62,657 nucleotides of DNA from an uncultured Candidatus Saccharibacteria bacterium (GCA_964545165.1 CAZJEQ010000006.1:1-62657), one strand, 5' to 3'; shown: positions 7,440-15,611, counted from the stretch's first letter. Translations and numbers: made by a program. The notes: generated by a model not told the origin, from the sequence alone.

Positions 7440-8420
7440 CTAATACTCGTCGCGGTCCGGGGGTTCCGAATTCTCACGGATCTCCCGGAAGTACTCATCC
7501 AGCCCATCGTCTACTTCGTCGAGCGCGTCGCGCTCTTCGAACGGACGATGATGCACGACACGAGGCGGCTCATCGAACGCTGGAAGTTGCGGCCTGTCGG
7601 CCACTTCTCCCTCGATGAGCACGATCTCGGCAAGGTAGCGATGACCGTCGTTCTGGCTGACCAGACCGACGATCTTGAACACTTCCTTGCCGCTCGTGTT
7701 GCGCCCGATGGACACTTTGCGCATCTGCGAGCAATCGAGCCGGATAAGCCGGCCGTTGTGCTCGATCTTGGCGGACAGCTGCCCGCCAGAGTAGTTCCAA
7801 TACCTTACGCCGTACTCGAAGACGTCGCCTTCGAGTTCGCGCTCCCCTCCGAAGAGAGGAGTGATGCCGATGTAGCCGACCTGCTTGGGCGGCTCAAAAC
7901 GCATCTTGCGGTGAGGTCCAATTGAGCGGACCTCGATCAGACCAGCGCATGGGTCGATGCGCTCGACCTGCACCTGCCAGAGTTCGTCCCGGCAGATGCC
8001 GAGCGCTCCGCGCGCACGTACCTGCCAGCCGTCGAAGACGGTTCGGTAGTCCCGATCCCGCTGCGACCACTGGAAGGTGAGGAAGAACTCCTCTCCTGTG
8101 CGAACGGTGAGTGGCCACGAGTGACCACCGACCCGTCCATACGATTCCGCGAACACGAGACGCTTGTGAGGCGCCATCGCGGTGGGCCTGACCCACCAGC
8201 GCTCGCCGTCCTGCGGCTGAAACAAACTACGCCGCGGGATGTTCACCACCACATCAATGAAGTCGCTCTCGTTGCCGTTGTGATAGAGACGGTAACGCGC
8301 GACCCACTGCTTCTGGTGGTGGTACTCGGACTCGATGAGCTCGACCACGATGTACTCCGGCATACCGCCGGGCAGCGGACGAGTTGCGGGCCTGTGCCCG
8401 CGATCGACGTGGACGTTCAT
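7440..8420 (-). CDS. hypothetical protein, 326 aa, no recognisable family
   Basis: Long ORF with SD (cgAAGGAGaatccaATG). Trp/Arg-rich, probably beta-rich, with an acidic C-terminal tail (DEVDDGLDEYFREIRENSEPPDRDEY). Confidence 0.7.
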   Translation of the reverse strand: MNVHVDRGHRPATRPLPGGMPEYIVVELIESEYHHQKQWVARYRLYHNGNESDFIDVVVNIPRRSLFQPQDGERWWVRPTAMAPHKRLVFAESYGRVGGHSWPLTVRTGEEFFLTFQWSQRDRDYRTVFDGWQVRARGALGICRDELWQVQVERIDPCAGLIEVRSIGPHRKMRFEPPKQVGYIGITPLFGGERELEGDVFEYGVRYWNYSGGQLSAKIEHNGRLIRLDCSQMRKVSIGRNTSGKEVFKIVGLVSQNDGHRYLAEIVLIEGEVADRPQLPAFDEPPRVVHHRPFEERDALDEVDDGLDEYFREIRENSEPPDRDEY

Positions 8421-8454
8421 TGGATTCTCCTTCGTTGGAATGAGACGCGTACAC

Positions 8455-8548
8455 GCACCTCATCCTTCCCGAATTCGAATCGGTTAGAGCTCAAAAGATG
8501 AGGTGCTTCAAGAGAAACTTACCTACATCTATTTATTGGCCACTTCAT
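8455..8548 (-). promoter_or_regulatory. 5' leader: 9-codon uORF (MKWPINRCR) plus 10-bp hairpin
   Basis: Minus strand AAGGAGGTagccATG AAG TGG CCA ATA AAT AGA TGT AGG TAA (8548-8519), then the hairpin GCACCTCATC...GATGAGGTGC (8506-8455) upstream of the SD of the 326-aa gene. Confidence 0.4.
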
Positions 8549-8578
8549 GGCTACCTCCTTTCAAAGACCTGAAAAAGT

Positions 8579-8607
8579 ACTATGAATCAATAATCTTACT
8601 ATGTCAA
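8579..8607 (-). promoter_or_regulatory. promoter TTGACA-17-CATAGT
   Basis: Minus strand TTGACA (8607-8602), 17-nt spacer, CATAGT (8584-8579). Confidence 0.55.
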
Positions 8608-8640
8608 ATAGAATCCGATTATTGAGGTCACCTCAAATGT

Positions 8641-8668
8641 AAAAGCCGCCCAATAGTACCGGGGCGGC
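8641..8668 (-). terminator. rho-independent terminator (copy of 7364-7397)
   Basis: GCCGCCCC-ggtactatt-GGGCGGC-TTTT on the minus strand, downstream of the 60-aa membrane protein gene. Confidence 0.7.
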
Positions 8669-8735
8669 TACGGTCTCCACAGCTAGTTGTGCCGTCAGAT
8701 GCATTCGCGGCGGAGGCGCGTTTGCATCTGTGAGT

Positions 8736-8918
8736 TTAGGTGCTGACGATAACCGTGATCGCCGCGATCATGTTGAAGATCATCGCGATCATAATCCATG
8801 CGTGACTCGGGAACGGCCGCATTCCCTTGCGCCTAGCTACGACGTACACCGCAGTGAAGATCGCAACTACGATGACGGCTAGACCAATAGCATCGCCAAG
8901 CAACTTAATCTCATCCAT
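8736..8918 (-). CDS. small membrane protein (60 aa, two predicted TM helices)
   Basis: ctAGGAGGatgtcATG. The sequence is almost entirely hydrophobic, with a central RRKGMRPFPSH loop. Confidence 0.6.
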   Translation of the reverse strand: MDEIKLLGDAIGLAVIVVAIFTAVYVVARRKGMRPFPSHAWIMIAMIFNMIAAITVIVST

Positions 8919-8945
8919 GACATCCTCCTAGATTTAGAGTTGCTC

Positions 8946-9089
8946 TCAGAAGAGTATCGTCATGAGTGCGCCGACAGCACAGACAGGCAGTCTGTCTCTC
9001 TTACACACACCGACCAGGCTTGCGACCGGGTATGCCAGAAGAAAGATGAGACCCACCTCTAAGCCGGCTGCAATTGATTGATAGATCAT
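8946..9089 (-). CDS. small membrane protein (47 aa), not in the supplied ORF track
   Basis: Read by hand: gtAAGGAGGAGGTaactcATG ATC TAT CAA..., giving MIYQSIAAGLEVGLIFLLAYPVASLVGVCKRDRLPVCAVGALMTILF, stop TGA at 8948-8946. 144 nt, in frame. Confidence 0.5.
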   Translation of the reverse strand: MIYQSIAAGLEVGLIFLLAYPVASLVGVCKRDRLPVCAVGALMTILF

Positions 9090-9107
9090 GAGTTACCTCC
9101 TCCTTAC

Positions 9108-9136
9108 ATAATACAATATATAGATGAATATGTCAA
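9108..9136 (-). promoter_or_regulatory. near-consensus promoter TTGACA-17-TATTAT
   Basis: Minus strand TTGACA (9136-9131), 17-nt spacer, TATTAT (9113-9108), directly upstream of the SD of the 47-aa ORF. Confidence 0.65.
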
Positions 9137-9165
9137 ATATCTATCCGCACACCACTCAAACGTGC

Positions 9166-9171
9166 TAAATT
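9166..9171 (+). promoter_or_regulatory. -10 box TAAATT (TGc-extended), 6 nt before valS ATG
   Basis: gTGcTAAATTagctcaATG. Confidence 0.4.
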
Positions 9172-9177
9172 AGCTCA

Positions 9178-11358
9178 ATGGAGCCACTTAGAGAGCCTTC
9201 CAAGGCCCCAGAGGCCTTTTTAAAGCCCTACGACCCTGCTGCCACCGAGCCGGTCATTCGCGATGCCTGGGAGAAGAGCGGCTACGCCAACCCCGATGAA
9301 ATGGTGAAGGCGGGCTTTACGGCAGCTGACGCCGAGACCTTCTCTATCGTCCTTCCCCCACCAAATGTCACGGGTACCCTCCACATGGGTCATGCCGCGA
9401 TGCTCGCCATCGAAGACATCCTCATCCGCTACCACCGCATGCGCGGCAAGCGCACCCTCTGGGTGCCGGGCACCGACAGCGCCGCAATCGCAACGCAATC
9501 AAAAGTCGAAGGTGAGATCTATAAAAAGGAGAAGAAGACTCGCCACGATCTCGGGCGCGAAGAATTGCTCAAGCGCATCGACGCATTCACCGACGAGAGT
9601 AAGGCCACCATCATCAACCAGGTCAAAGTAATGGGATCGTCGCTCGACTGGAGCCGCTACGCATACACGATGGATGAGAAGCGATATGCAGCAGTGATGG
9701 AAGCATTTGTGCGTATGCACGATGCCGGCCTCATCTACCGCGGCAATCGTATCGTGAATTGGGATCCCAAATTGCAGACCACCGTTTCCGACGAAGAGAT
9801 CGAATACGTCGAGCAGAAAGATCCCTTCTACTATTTCCAATACGGACCCTTCGTCATCGGCACCGTGCGCCCGGAGACCAAATTCGGCGACAAATATGTG
9901 GTCATGCATCCCGATGATGCGCGCTATGCCGAGTACCAGCACGGACAAGAGATTGAGCTCGAGTGGATCAATGGGCCGATCACCGCGACCGTGATCAAGG
10001 ACGAGGCCGCCAATATGGAGACCGGCTCAGGCGTCATGACGATCACCCCCTCGCACTCCGGCATCGATTTTGAAATCGCCCAGCGCCACAAGCTCGATAT
10101 CGAGCAAGTGATCGATGAACGCGGCATCCTGCTCCCGATCGCCGGACCATTCTCGGGCCAGCACATCAAGAAGGCGCGCCCGATGATCGTCGAGCATCTG
10201 CAGCAGAAGGGTCTCGTCGTAAAGATCGACGAGCAGTACGTGCACAATATTGCGACCAACAGCCGCGGTGGTGGCATCATCGAGCCGCAGATCAAGAAGC
10301 AGTGGTTTGTCGCAGTCAACAAGCCAGCAGTGTTCCCAGATGGCAAGACCCGTACACTCAAAGAGTGGATGATCGAAGCGGTGCAGAGCGGCGCAACCTC
10401 GATCGCGCCCGAGCGCTTCGAGCGTGTGTACTACAACTGGATCGAGAATCTTCGCGATTGGAACATCTCGCGCCAAATTTGGTTTGGTCATCGCATCCCC
10501 GCCTGGTTCAAAGGCGAGGAAATTTACGTCGGTGTCCAGGCACCGCAAGGCGAGGGCTGGGAGCAAGATCCCGATGTACTCGACACGTGGTTCTCCTCCG
10601 GCCTCTGGACCTTCTCGACACTCGGCTGGCCCGAAGAGACGCAGGATCTCAAGACCTACCACCCGACCTCCGTGCTCGAGACCGGCTACGACATTATTTT
10701 CTTCTGGGTCGCGCGCATGATCCTGATGTCGGGCTTCCTCGTCGGCACGGTGCCGTTTAAAAATGTGTATCTGCACGGGCTCGTGCGCGATGCGCAGGGC
10801 CGCAAGATGTCCAAATCCCTCGGCAACATCATCGACCCGCTCACGATGGTTGAGAAATTTGGCGCCGATGCCACGCGCCTCTCGCTCGTGATTGGCTCCG
10901 CGCCGGGCACTGATCTCAAGCTCTCCGAAGATCGCGTACGCGGGTATAAGAATTTTGCCAACAAGATCTGGAACATCACGCGCTTTGTGCTCGAAAATAC
11001 TGACGGCACCGAAGCGGCAGTGAATGACGAAGATCAGAAGCTGATCGTCGAAGTCGATGCCATCGCGCGCGATATGGCCAAGCACATCGAGAGCTTCCGC
11101 CTCGATCTCGCGGGTGATGCGATCTATCACTACGTATGGGATCGCTTCGCGGCAGAGATCATCGAAGCATCAAAGCCCATACTCAATGGTGAAGACGCGG
11201 CGGCGAAGGCATCACGCGCCTACGCGCTCTATCGTATCCACAACACCTTCCTGCGACTCCTCCATCCCTTCATGCCATTTGTTACCGAAGCGATCTGGCA
11301 AAAGCTGCCCACAAAGGATCGCGACCTTCTCATGGTCGCCGAGTGGCCCACTGCCTAG
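9178..11358 (+). CDS. valS: valine--tRNA ligase (short form, 726 aa)
   Basis: PPPNVTGTLHMGHA (HIGH region), WVPGTDSAAIATQ, KMSKSLGN. Lacks the long C-terminal coiled coil of canonical ValRS. Confidence 0.92.
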   Translation: MEPLREPSKAPEAFLKPYDPAATEPVIRDAWEKSGYANPDEMVKAGFTAADAETFSIVLPPPNVTGTLHMGHAAMLAIEDILIRYHRMRGKRTLWVPGTDSAAIATQSKVEGEIYKKEKKTRHDLGREELLKRIDAFTDESKATIINQVKVMGSSLDWSRYAYTMDEKRYAAVMEAFVRMHDAGLIYRGNRIVNWDPKLQTTVSDEEIEYVEQKDPFYYFQYGPFVIGTVRPETKFGDKYVVMHPDDARYAEYQHGQEIELEWINGPITATVIKDEAANMETGSGVMTITPSHSGIDFEIAQRHKLDIEQVIDERGILLPIAGPFSGQHIKKARPMIVEHLQQKGLVVKIDEQYVHNIATNSRGGGIIEPQIKKQWFVAVNKPAVFPDGKTRTLKEWMIEAVQSGATSIAPERFERVYYNWIENLRDWNISRQIWFGHRIPAWFKGEEIYVGVQAPQGEGWEQDPDVLDTWFSSGLWTFSTLGWPEETQDLKTYHPTSVLETGYDIIFFWVARMILMSGFLVGTVPFKNVYLHGLVRDAQGRKMSKSLGNIIDPLTMVEKFGADATRLSLVIGSAPGTDLKLSEDRVRGYKNFANKIWNITRFVLENTDGTEAAVNDEDQKLIVEVDAIARDMAKHIESFRLDLAGDAIYHYVWDRFAAEIIEASKPILNGEDAAAKASRAYALYRIHNTFLRLLHPFMPFVTEAIWQKLPTKDRDLLMVAEWPTA

Positions 11359-11720
11359 CGCGAGCGAAATTTCTCGAAGAGCGTGGCGGCACCTCCGCCT
11401 ACAATCATAAATATGAGGACGGGAACGGCCGAGAAGAGCCATTCGAGCCACGTCGCGAGACCAAAAATAGGTGTCACCATACTGAGGAGCCAGAGCACGA
11501 GCGCAACAGCGGCGAGGTGCGCCCAGCGCTTGTCGTGCGTCGTGTACGCGGCGTAGGCAAATCCAGCGCTCGCAAAAACAAGATTACAGAGCGCGAGCCA
11601 CAGCATCGGCACGGGCGTCTTCATGACGCCGCCGACGAGGCCCATGCCAAATCCCGCCACGAGACTGAGCGCGAATACGGTGAGCGCATGTAAGCTCACC
11701 CGTTTCCAATTGAGGTGCAT
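11355..11720 (-). CDS. integral membrane protein (about 121 aa, 4 TM)
   Basis: Start set to ATG 11720 (MHLNWKR...), preceded by TACAAT-tctcag-ATG. The N-terminal Arg-rich part of ORF 11355-11897 looks like non-coding read-through. Confidence 0.55.
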   Translation of the reverse strand: MHLNWKRVSLHALTVFALSLVAGFGMGLVGGVMKTPVPMLWLALCNLVFASAGFAYAAYTTHDKRWAHLAAVALVLWLLSMVTPIFGLATWLEWLFSAVPVLIFMIVGGGAATLFEKFRSR

Positions 11721-11726
11721 CTGAGA

Positions 11727-11732
11727 ATTGTA
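11727..11732 (-). promoter_or_regulatory. -10 box TACAAT, 6 nt before ATG 11720
   Basis: Minus strand ggaTACAATtctcagATG. Confidence 0.45.
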
Positions 11733-11779
11733 TCCCCGATAGCGGGACAGTAGCGAGCCGTGTGTGCACAAGCGAAGGC

Positions 11780-11785
11780 TATAAT
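11780..11785 (+). promoter_or_regulatory. -10 box TATAAT, 6 nt before ATG 11792
   Basis: ggcTATAATctgtggATG. Confidence 0.5.
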
Positions 11786-11791
11786 CTGTGG

Positions 11792-12481
11792 ATGTCCGAA
11801 ATGCTTGGCGTGGTCGCAGCGATCGCAGGCGGTGTCTTGCCTGCGCTCGCGTGGCTCTGGTTTTGGCGGCGCGAGGACTCCCGCCACCCCGAGCCACGCA
11901 AACTCATCGCGCTCGCCTTCTTAGCTGGCATGGTGACCGTCGCGGTGGTGATCCCTGTCGAGAAATTCGTTGCTCCGTACCTCGCCACGACCACATTGGT
12001 CTTCGTCGCCTGGTCTTCTATCGAGGAGGTGTTCAAGTACATGGCCGCACGCTTCACCGTGCTACGACGCCGCGAAGACGACGAGCCCATCGACCCGGTC
12101 ATCTACATGGTCACGGTCGCGCTTGGCTTTGCTGCTGCAGAAAACACCCTCTTCCTCCTCTCGCCGCTCGCGGGCGATAGCATCCTCCAGACGGTGATGA
12201 CCGGCAATCTGCGATTTGTCGGCGCGACGCTCCTCCACGTGCTCTCCTCTGCGGTGATCGGTGTATTCCTCGGGCTCGCCTTCTATAAGCGCCGTGCCAT
12301 GAAGCGCTGGTTTGTACTGATAGGAGTTATCCTCGCCTGCGTTTTGCACGCGGCATTCAACTTTTTTATACTCAATACAGCGGACGATCAGCTGATGCGC
12401 ACGTTTTTCTTCGTGTGGCTTGGCGTCGCCGCGCTCATTGCGGTCTTGGAATATCTCAAGCGCCTCCGTCCGCGCTGGTAA
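11792..12481 (+). CDS. PrsW-family intramembrane protease
   Basis: Multi-pass membrane protein with SSIEEVFKY (EExxK), GFAAAENTLF and LLHVLSS motifs characteristic of PrsW. Confidence 0.65.
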   Translation: MSEMLGVVAAIAGGVLPALAWLWFWRREDSRHPEPRKLIALAFLAGMVTVAVVIPVEKFVAPYLATTTLVFVAWSSIEEVFKYMAARFTVLRRREDDEPIDPVIYMVTVALGFAAAENTLFLLSPLAGDSILQTVMTGNLRFVGATLLHVLSSAVIGVFLGLAFYKRRAMKRWFVLIGVILACVLHAAFNFFILNTADDQLMRTFFFVWLGVAALIAVLEYLKRLRPRW

Positions 12482-12521
12482 TCATCGATTTTTTCTTGTG
12501 ATATAATTTTTCGTACAGCGT

Positions 12522-13016
12522 ATGGCAAAAAAGCCTTCTTTCTTTTCAAAACTCACCGGCGCCGCAGATGATTACGACGATTTCTTCGATGAGCCGAAGG
12601 CCACGCGCGTCTCACTCGAAGGATCTGGCACGGAACGCCACGCACACATCGATACCAAAGAGGAAAATTGGACGGCAGAAGAGCCGGGCGGCGAATTAGC
12701 AGTCGATGTCTACCAGACACCGGATGCGATTGTCATCAAAGCGCTCGTCGCAGGCGTCCAGCCCAACACAATAGACATCGGTCTCACCCGCGAAATGCTC
12801 ACGATCTCCGGGATGCGCGAAGATGAGCGCGAAGTCGAAGAAGACAATTATTTCCAGCGCGAGCTGTACTGGGGATCGTTTAGCCGCACCATTCTCCTTC
12901 CCGAAGAAATCGACGTGGATATGGCAGAGGCCTCCGAAAAGCACGGCATACTCATGATCCGCCTCCCCAAGGTCAACAAAAAGCGCCAAACCAAGCTGAA
13001 AGTCCGCAGCCGATAA
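12522..13016 (+). CDS. Hsp20/alpha-crystallin small heat-shock protein
   Basis: LAVDVYQTPDAIVIKALVAGVQPNTIDIGLTREMLTISG...FSRTILLPEEIDVDMAEASEKHGILMIRLPK matches the alpha-crystallin domain. Confidence 0.9.
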   Translation: MAKKPSFFSKLTGAADDYDDFFDEPKATRVSLEGSGTERHAHIDTKEENWTAEEPGGELAVDVYQTPDAIVIKALVAGVQPNTIDIGLTREMLTISGMREDEREVEEDNYFQRELYWGSFSRTILLPEEIDVDMAEASEKHGILMIRLPKVNKKRQTKLKVRSR

Positions 13017-13022
13017 AAGACA

Positions 13023-13046
13023 AACGCCACTCGAGAGAGTGGCGTT
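13023..13046 (+). terminator. hairpin after hsp20
   Basis: AACGCCACTC-gaga-GAGTGGCGTT. Confidence 0.6.
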
Positions 13047-13076
13047 CTGCCTAACAGATCAGAGAGGTCGTGCCTC

Positions 13077-13439
13077 TTACCGGATTTCGCCGAGGCCGGT
13101 GCTCAGGATGGGCAGATGATTCTGCCGGCGCCACTGCCACCACGGCGGGGGCGGCAATTCGACCAGGTACTCCTCGGCGAGAGGCGTGTGCGGCAGCTCG
13201 TCCGTCAGATACTTGATCCGCCGACGGATCAAGAGCGTAGCGAACACGGTCTCGCCGAAGGCAAGCACCGCCGCCTGAATGAAGAGCCGGCCGACGCCGT
13301 ACATGAACAGCAGATCGATGCACAGCAAGAAGCCAATCGCGGCACCGATGGTGACGCGTCGAACGTGCTGCTCGTATCCGATCTGCCACTTCAGCTCCTC
13401 GTCTTCCTCGTGAGCGTGAAGATTAACGACGTGTTCCAT
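13077..13439 (-). CDS. membrane protein, unknown function (120 aa)
   Basis: SD acAGGGGAaacccATG. Two central TM helices. C-terminal PPPPWWQWRR motif. Confidence 0.6.
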   Translation of the reverse strand: MEHVVNLHAHEEDEELKWQIGYEQHVRRVTIGAAIGFLLCIDLLFMYGVGRLFIQAAVLAFGETVFATLLIRRRIKYLTDELPHTPLAEEYLVELPPPPWWQWRRQNHLPILSTGLGEIR

Positions 13440-13514
13440 GGGTTTCCCCTGTTGGTTGGTGGGTCGAAGGGTAGCTATTCAACGTTAAATCACGAAGTTA
13501 TACTATTGTCTACG

Positions 13515-14387
13515 CTACTCCTCCATTAATTCCATGCGATAGATGTCGAATGAGTTCTCCCCTTCAAACATATCCGAGGGATTTGGCAGATACCGACGGC
13601 GGCTCGCGATCTCAGCGGTGGCATCGTTAATCAAGCGATGGAAGACGCGGAATTCATCAGTGAATTTCCCAAAGTCGATCGCGTATTTGCGTACCTGCGC
13701 GGCACCATCTTTATTCTTCGATGTCTTACACTCGACGACGATGAAGCGCTTGATGGGCTTGCCATAGAGTTTGCCGATCGTGTAGTAGTTGAAAAGCGCC
13801 TGCATCAAGAAGAGTGTCTTGGCACCCTTATCTTTGGAAAACGACGCGACGAATTTGTGGTCGACAATATCGAGCGCTCCTGGATTCCCCCGCGATTTCA
13901 CCACGAGATCCGATATCGCTTTGATCGGTAGCGCGAGCCCCTCCACCTCTGCGCTCGCGACGACCTCGACGCCCACCACATCATGCTTCGGCGGCCGCGC
14001 GAGGTAGAAGCCGACCGCGCGCAGATATTTCTCCTCCATATCCTGGCGCATCTTTTTGCGCGCGAGCTTGGAGCGGGCCTTGTCCATATTGATTTCAAAA
14101 TCCGGGACGGCGCGCAGATATTCGAGCCCAAGCTGTATGGCACCCTCCTTGGGCACGCCGCCGTAGAAATGCTGCAGCGCGACGTGGCCCGAGCGACCAA
14201 TCACCGATGAGGGATTTGCCGGATTGTCGTAGATCTTTTCGACATAGCGCTTGTACCAGGCGAGTGGGTTGCGCAGGAATGCCATGAGCGACGAGTGGCT
14301 CCAATGCTTTATCGGCAAGACCAGATCTGCGATCGGCTCAATCTTCGTCACTTTTGTACTGCTTTTGCGCCGTTTTTTCACCGCCAT
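13515..14387 (-). CDS. PD-(D/E)XK nuclease superfamily protein (RecB/Cas4-like fold)
   Basis: AISDLVV...LDIVDHKF...LFLMQALFNYY...FIVVECKTSKN gives a D...D-x-K / E-x-K plus Q-x3-4-Y arrangement typical of PD-(D/E)XK nucleases. Lys-rich N-terminus. Confidence 0.6.
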   Translation of the reverse strand: MAVKKRRKSSTKVTKIEPIADLVLPIKHWSHSSLMAFLRNPLAWYKRYVEKIYDNPANPSSVIGRSGHVALQHFYGGVPKEGAIQLGLEYLRAVPDFEINMDKARSKLARKKMRQDMEEKYLRAVGFYLARPPKHDVVGVEVVASAEVEGLALPIKAISDLVVKSRGNPGALDIVDHKFVASFSKDKGAKTLFLMQALFNYYTIGKLYGKPIKRFIVVECKTSKNKDGAAQVRKYAIDFGKFTDEFRVFHRLINDATAEIASRRRYLPNPSDMFEGENSFDIYRMELMEE

Positions 14388-14406
14388 GAGACAATCGTAG
14401 CATCGA

Positions 14407-14435
14407 TTGACACTCTATGATTTGTATTGTACAGT
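14407..14435 (+). promoter_or_regulatory. promoter TTGACA-17-TACAGT, overlapping a divergent TACAAT
   Basis: TTGACA 14407-14412, 17-nt spacer, TACAGT 14430-14435. The minus strand reads TACAAT at 14430-14425, facing the nuclease gene. Confidence 0.55.
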
Positions 14436-14469
14436 CGAATTCGTTTTGTCGTCACTCGGAGGAAAGCCG

Positions 14470-15069
14470 ATGTTGAAGCTGTTTTATCCAAGCTACCGCT
14501 GGACCCTGTGGGGATCGAGCCTGGTCGTCTTCGTGCTCGCCTGCCTCTTGTGGCGGGTCGGCTGGTCCGACTGGATCAATGGACCGGTCATGGAAGCCGA
14601 GAGCACCGGTGACTCGTTCGCGCGCACGTTCGGATCGTTTGGCCAGATACCCTACAGCACGTCGGTTGAACGCGCAGGCGGCGTCACCGGCGGCAGCCTC
14701 GTCGCGATGCTGGTCGCATCGCTTCTCGTCTTCTTGCTCTTCAGGTGGCCCAACAATCGATTGCGTTGGGTCGCCGTGATCAAGGGGCTGTTGCTGTCGC
14801 TCATCGTCTTCGCGCTGCTTTATCTCTTGTGGCTCGGAGCCACACAGATGATGCTCGGCTGGACAATGAGGGCATCGATCAGCGTCGACAACGTCTTGGT
14901 CCGCATGGGTGCGTGGACTGCGTACCCCGACATCAAAAAGATGTCCGAGGTAGGGCCGACGGTCCTCGGCCACATGCTGATCTACTTGGCCACGCTGACG
15001 CTGACATTGTTCATCTTTTGGGTCATCGCCCGCTTCTGGGTCGCGATGACCGCCGACCGCGACCGCTAA
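14470..15069 (+). CDS. integral membrane protein (about 199 aa, 5-6 TM)
   Basis: Start set to ATG 14470 after GGAGGAaagccg. The TTG start in the ORF track lies inside the -35 box. Confidence 0.6.
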   Translation: MLKLFYPSYRWTLWGSSLVVFVLACLLWRVGWSDWINGPVMEAESTGDSFARTFGSFGQIPYSTSVERAGGVTGGSLVAMLVASLLVFLLFRWPNNRLRWVAVIKGLLLSLIVFALLYLLWLGATQMMLGWTMRASISVDNVLVRMGAWTAYPDIKKMSEVGPTVLGHMLIYLATLTLTLFIFWVIARFWVAMTADRDR

Positions 15070-15121
15070 CGAATCAATAGGAAAGGAGGCACCAGATGAC
15101 AAGACGCGCACCTTCGACAGG

Positions 15122-15157
15122 AGCCCGGGATCATTGACCCGGGCTTCTACTTTTTTA
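15122..15157 (+). terminator. rho-independent terminator
   Basis: AGCCCGGG-atcattga-CCCGGGCT followed by tctacTTTTTT. Confidence 0.7.
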
Positions 15158-15179
15158 TACGACGCGGTAGCATACGCAG

Positions 15180-15464
15180 GTGAAGAAATTCGAGATCGAA
15201 GGCAAAGTGTGGCGCTACCAGGGCGAGAGCCCCTGGCATTTTGTCTATGTGCCGGAAAAGCTCTCGCGACAAATCAAAGATACGGCACGCGCGAGTAAGA
15301 ACGGCCTCGTGCGGATCAAGGCGACGATCGGCGACACCACTTGGACGACCGCACTCTTCCCTACCAAAGACGGTCCGTACCTCATCGCTGTCAAAGCACA
15401 GGTGCGTGAGCGCGAGGTGATCGACAATGGCGACAAGGTCAAAATCTCCGTCACGCTCCTTTAA
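15180..15464 (+). CDS. DUF1905-family protein
   Basis: 94 aa, GTG start. W.YQGESPWHFVYVP...VRIKATIGDTTWTTALFPTKDGPYLIAVKAQVRE...GDKVKISV matches the DUF1905 pattern as I remember it. Confidence 0.7.
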   Translation: MKKFEIEGKVWRYQGESPWHFVYVPEKLSRQIKDTARASKNGLVRIKATIGDTTWTTALFPTKDGPYLIAVKAQVREREVIDNGDKVKISVTLL

Positions 15465-15468
15465 TTTG

Positions 15469-15510
15469 CCTGCAGATATAAATGTGCGATCGCACATTTA
15501 TATCTGCAGG
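15469..15510. repeat. 42-bp perfect palindrome
   Basis: CCTGCAGATATAAATGTGCGA|TCGCACATTTATATCTGCAGG (21+21, no mismatch), placed between the DUF1905 gene and the cassette array. Confidence 0.95.
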
Positions 15511-15611
15511 GTGCATGAGGCAAAAGAGAGCATTTTTTGAGGATTGGAATGGGAATAAAGCCTCATGTATAGTGCCCCCAGCGGCTCATCCAGAGCCAAT
15601 GAGGATCAGAG

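Noticed and set aside
9100-9177. Expected T-box or other riboswitch leaders upstream of valS, thrS (45676-45714) and pheS (60556-60661).
   Set aside because: The upstream spacers are only 20-100 nt and contain just a -10 box close to the ATG. There is no room for a T-box or a specifier/antiterminator structure.
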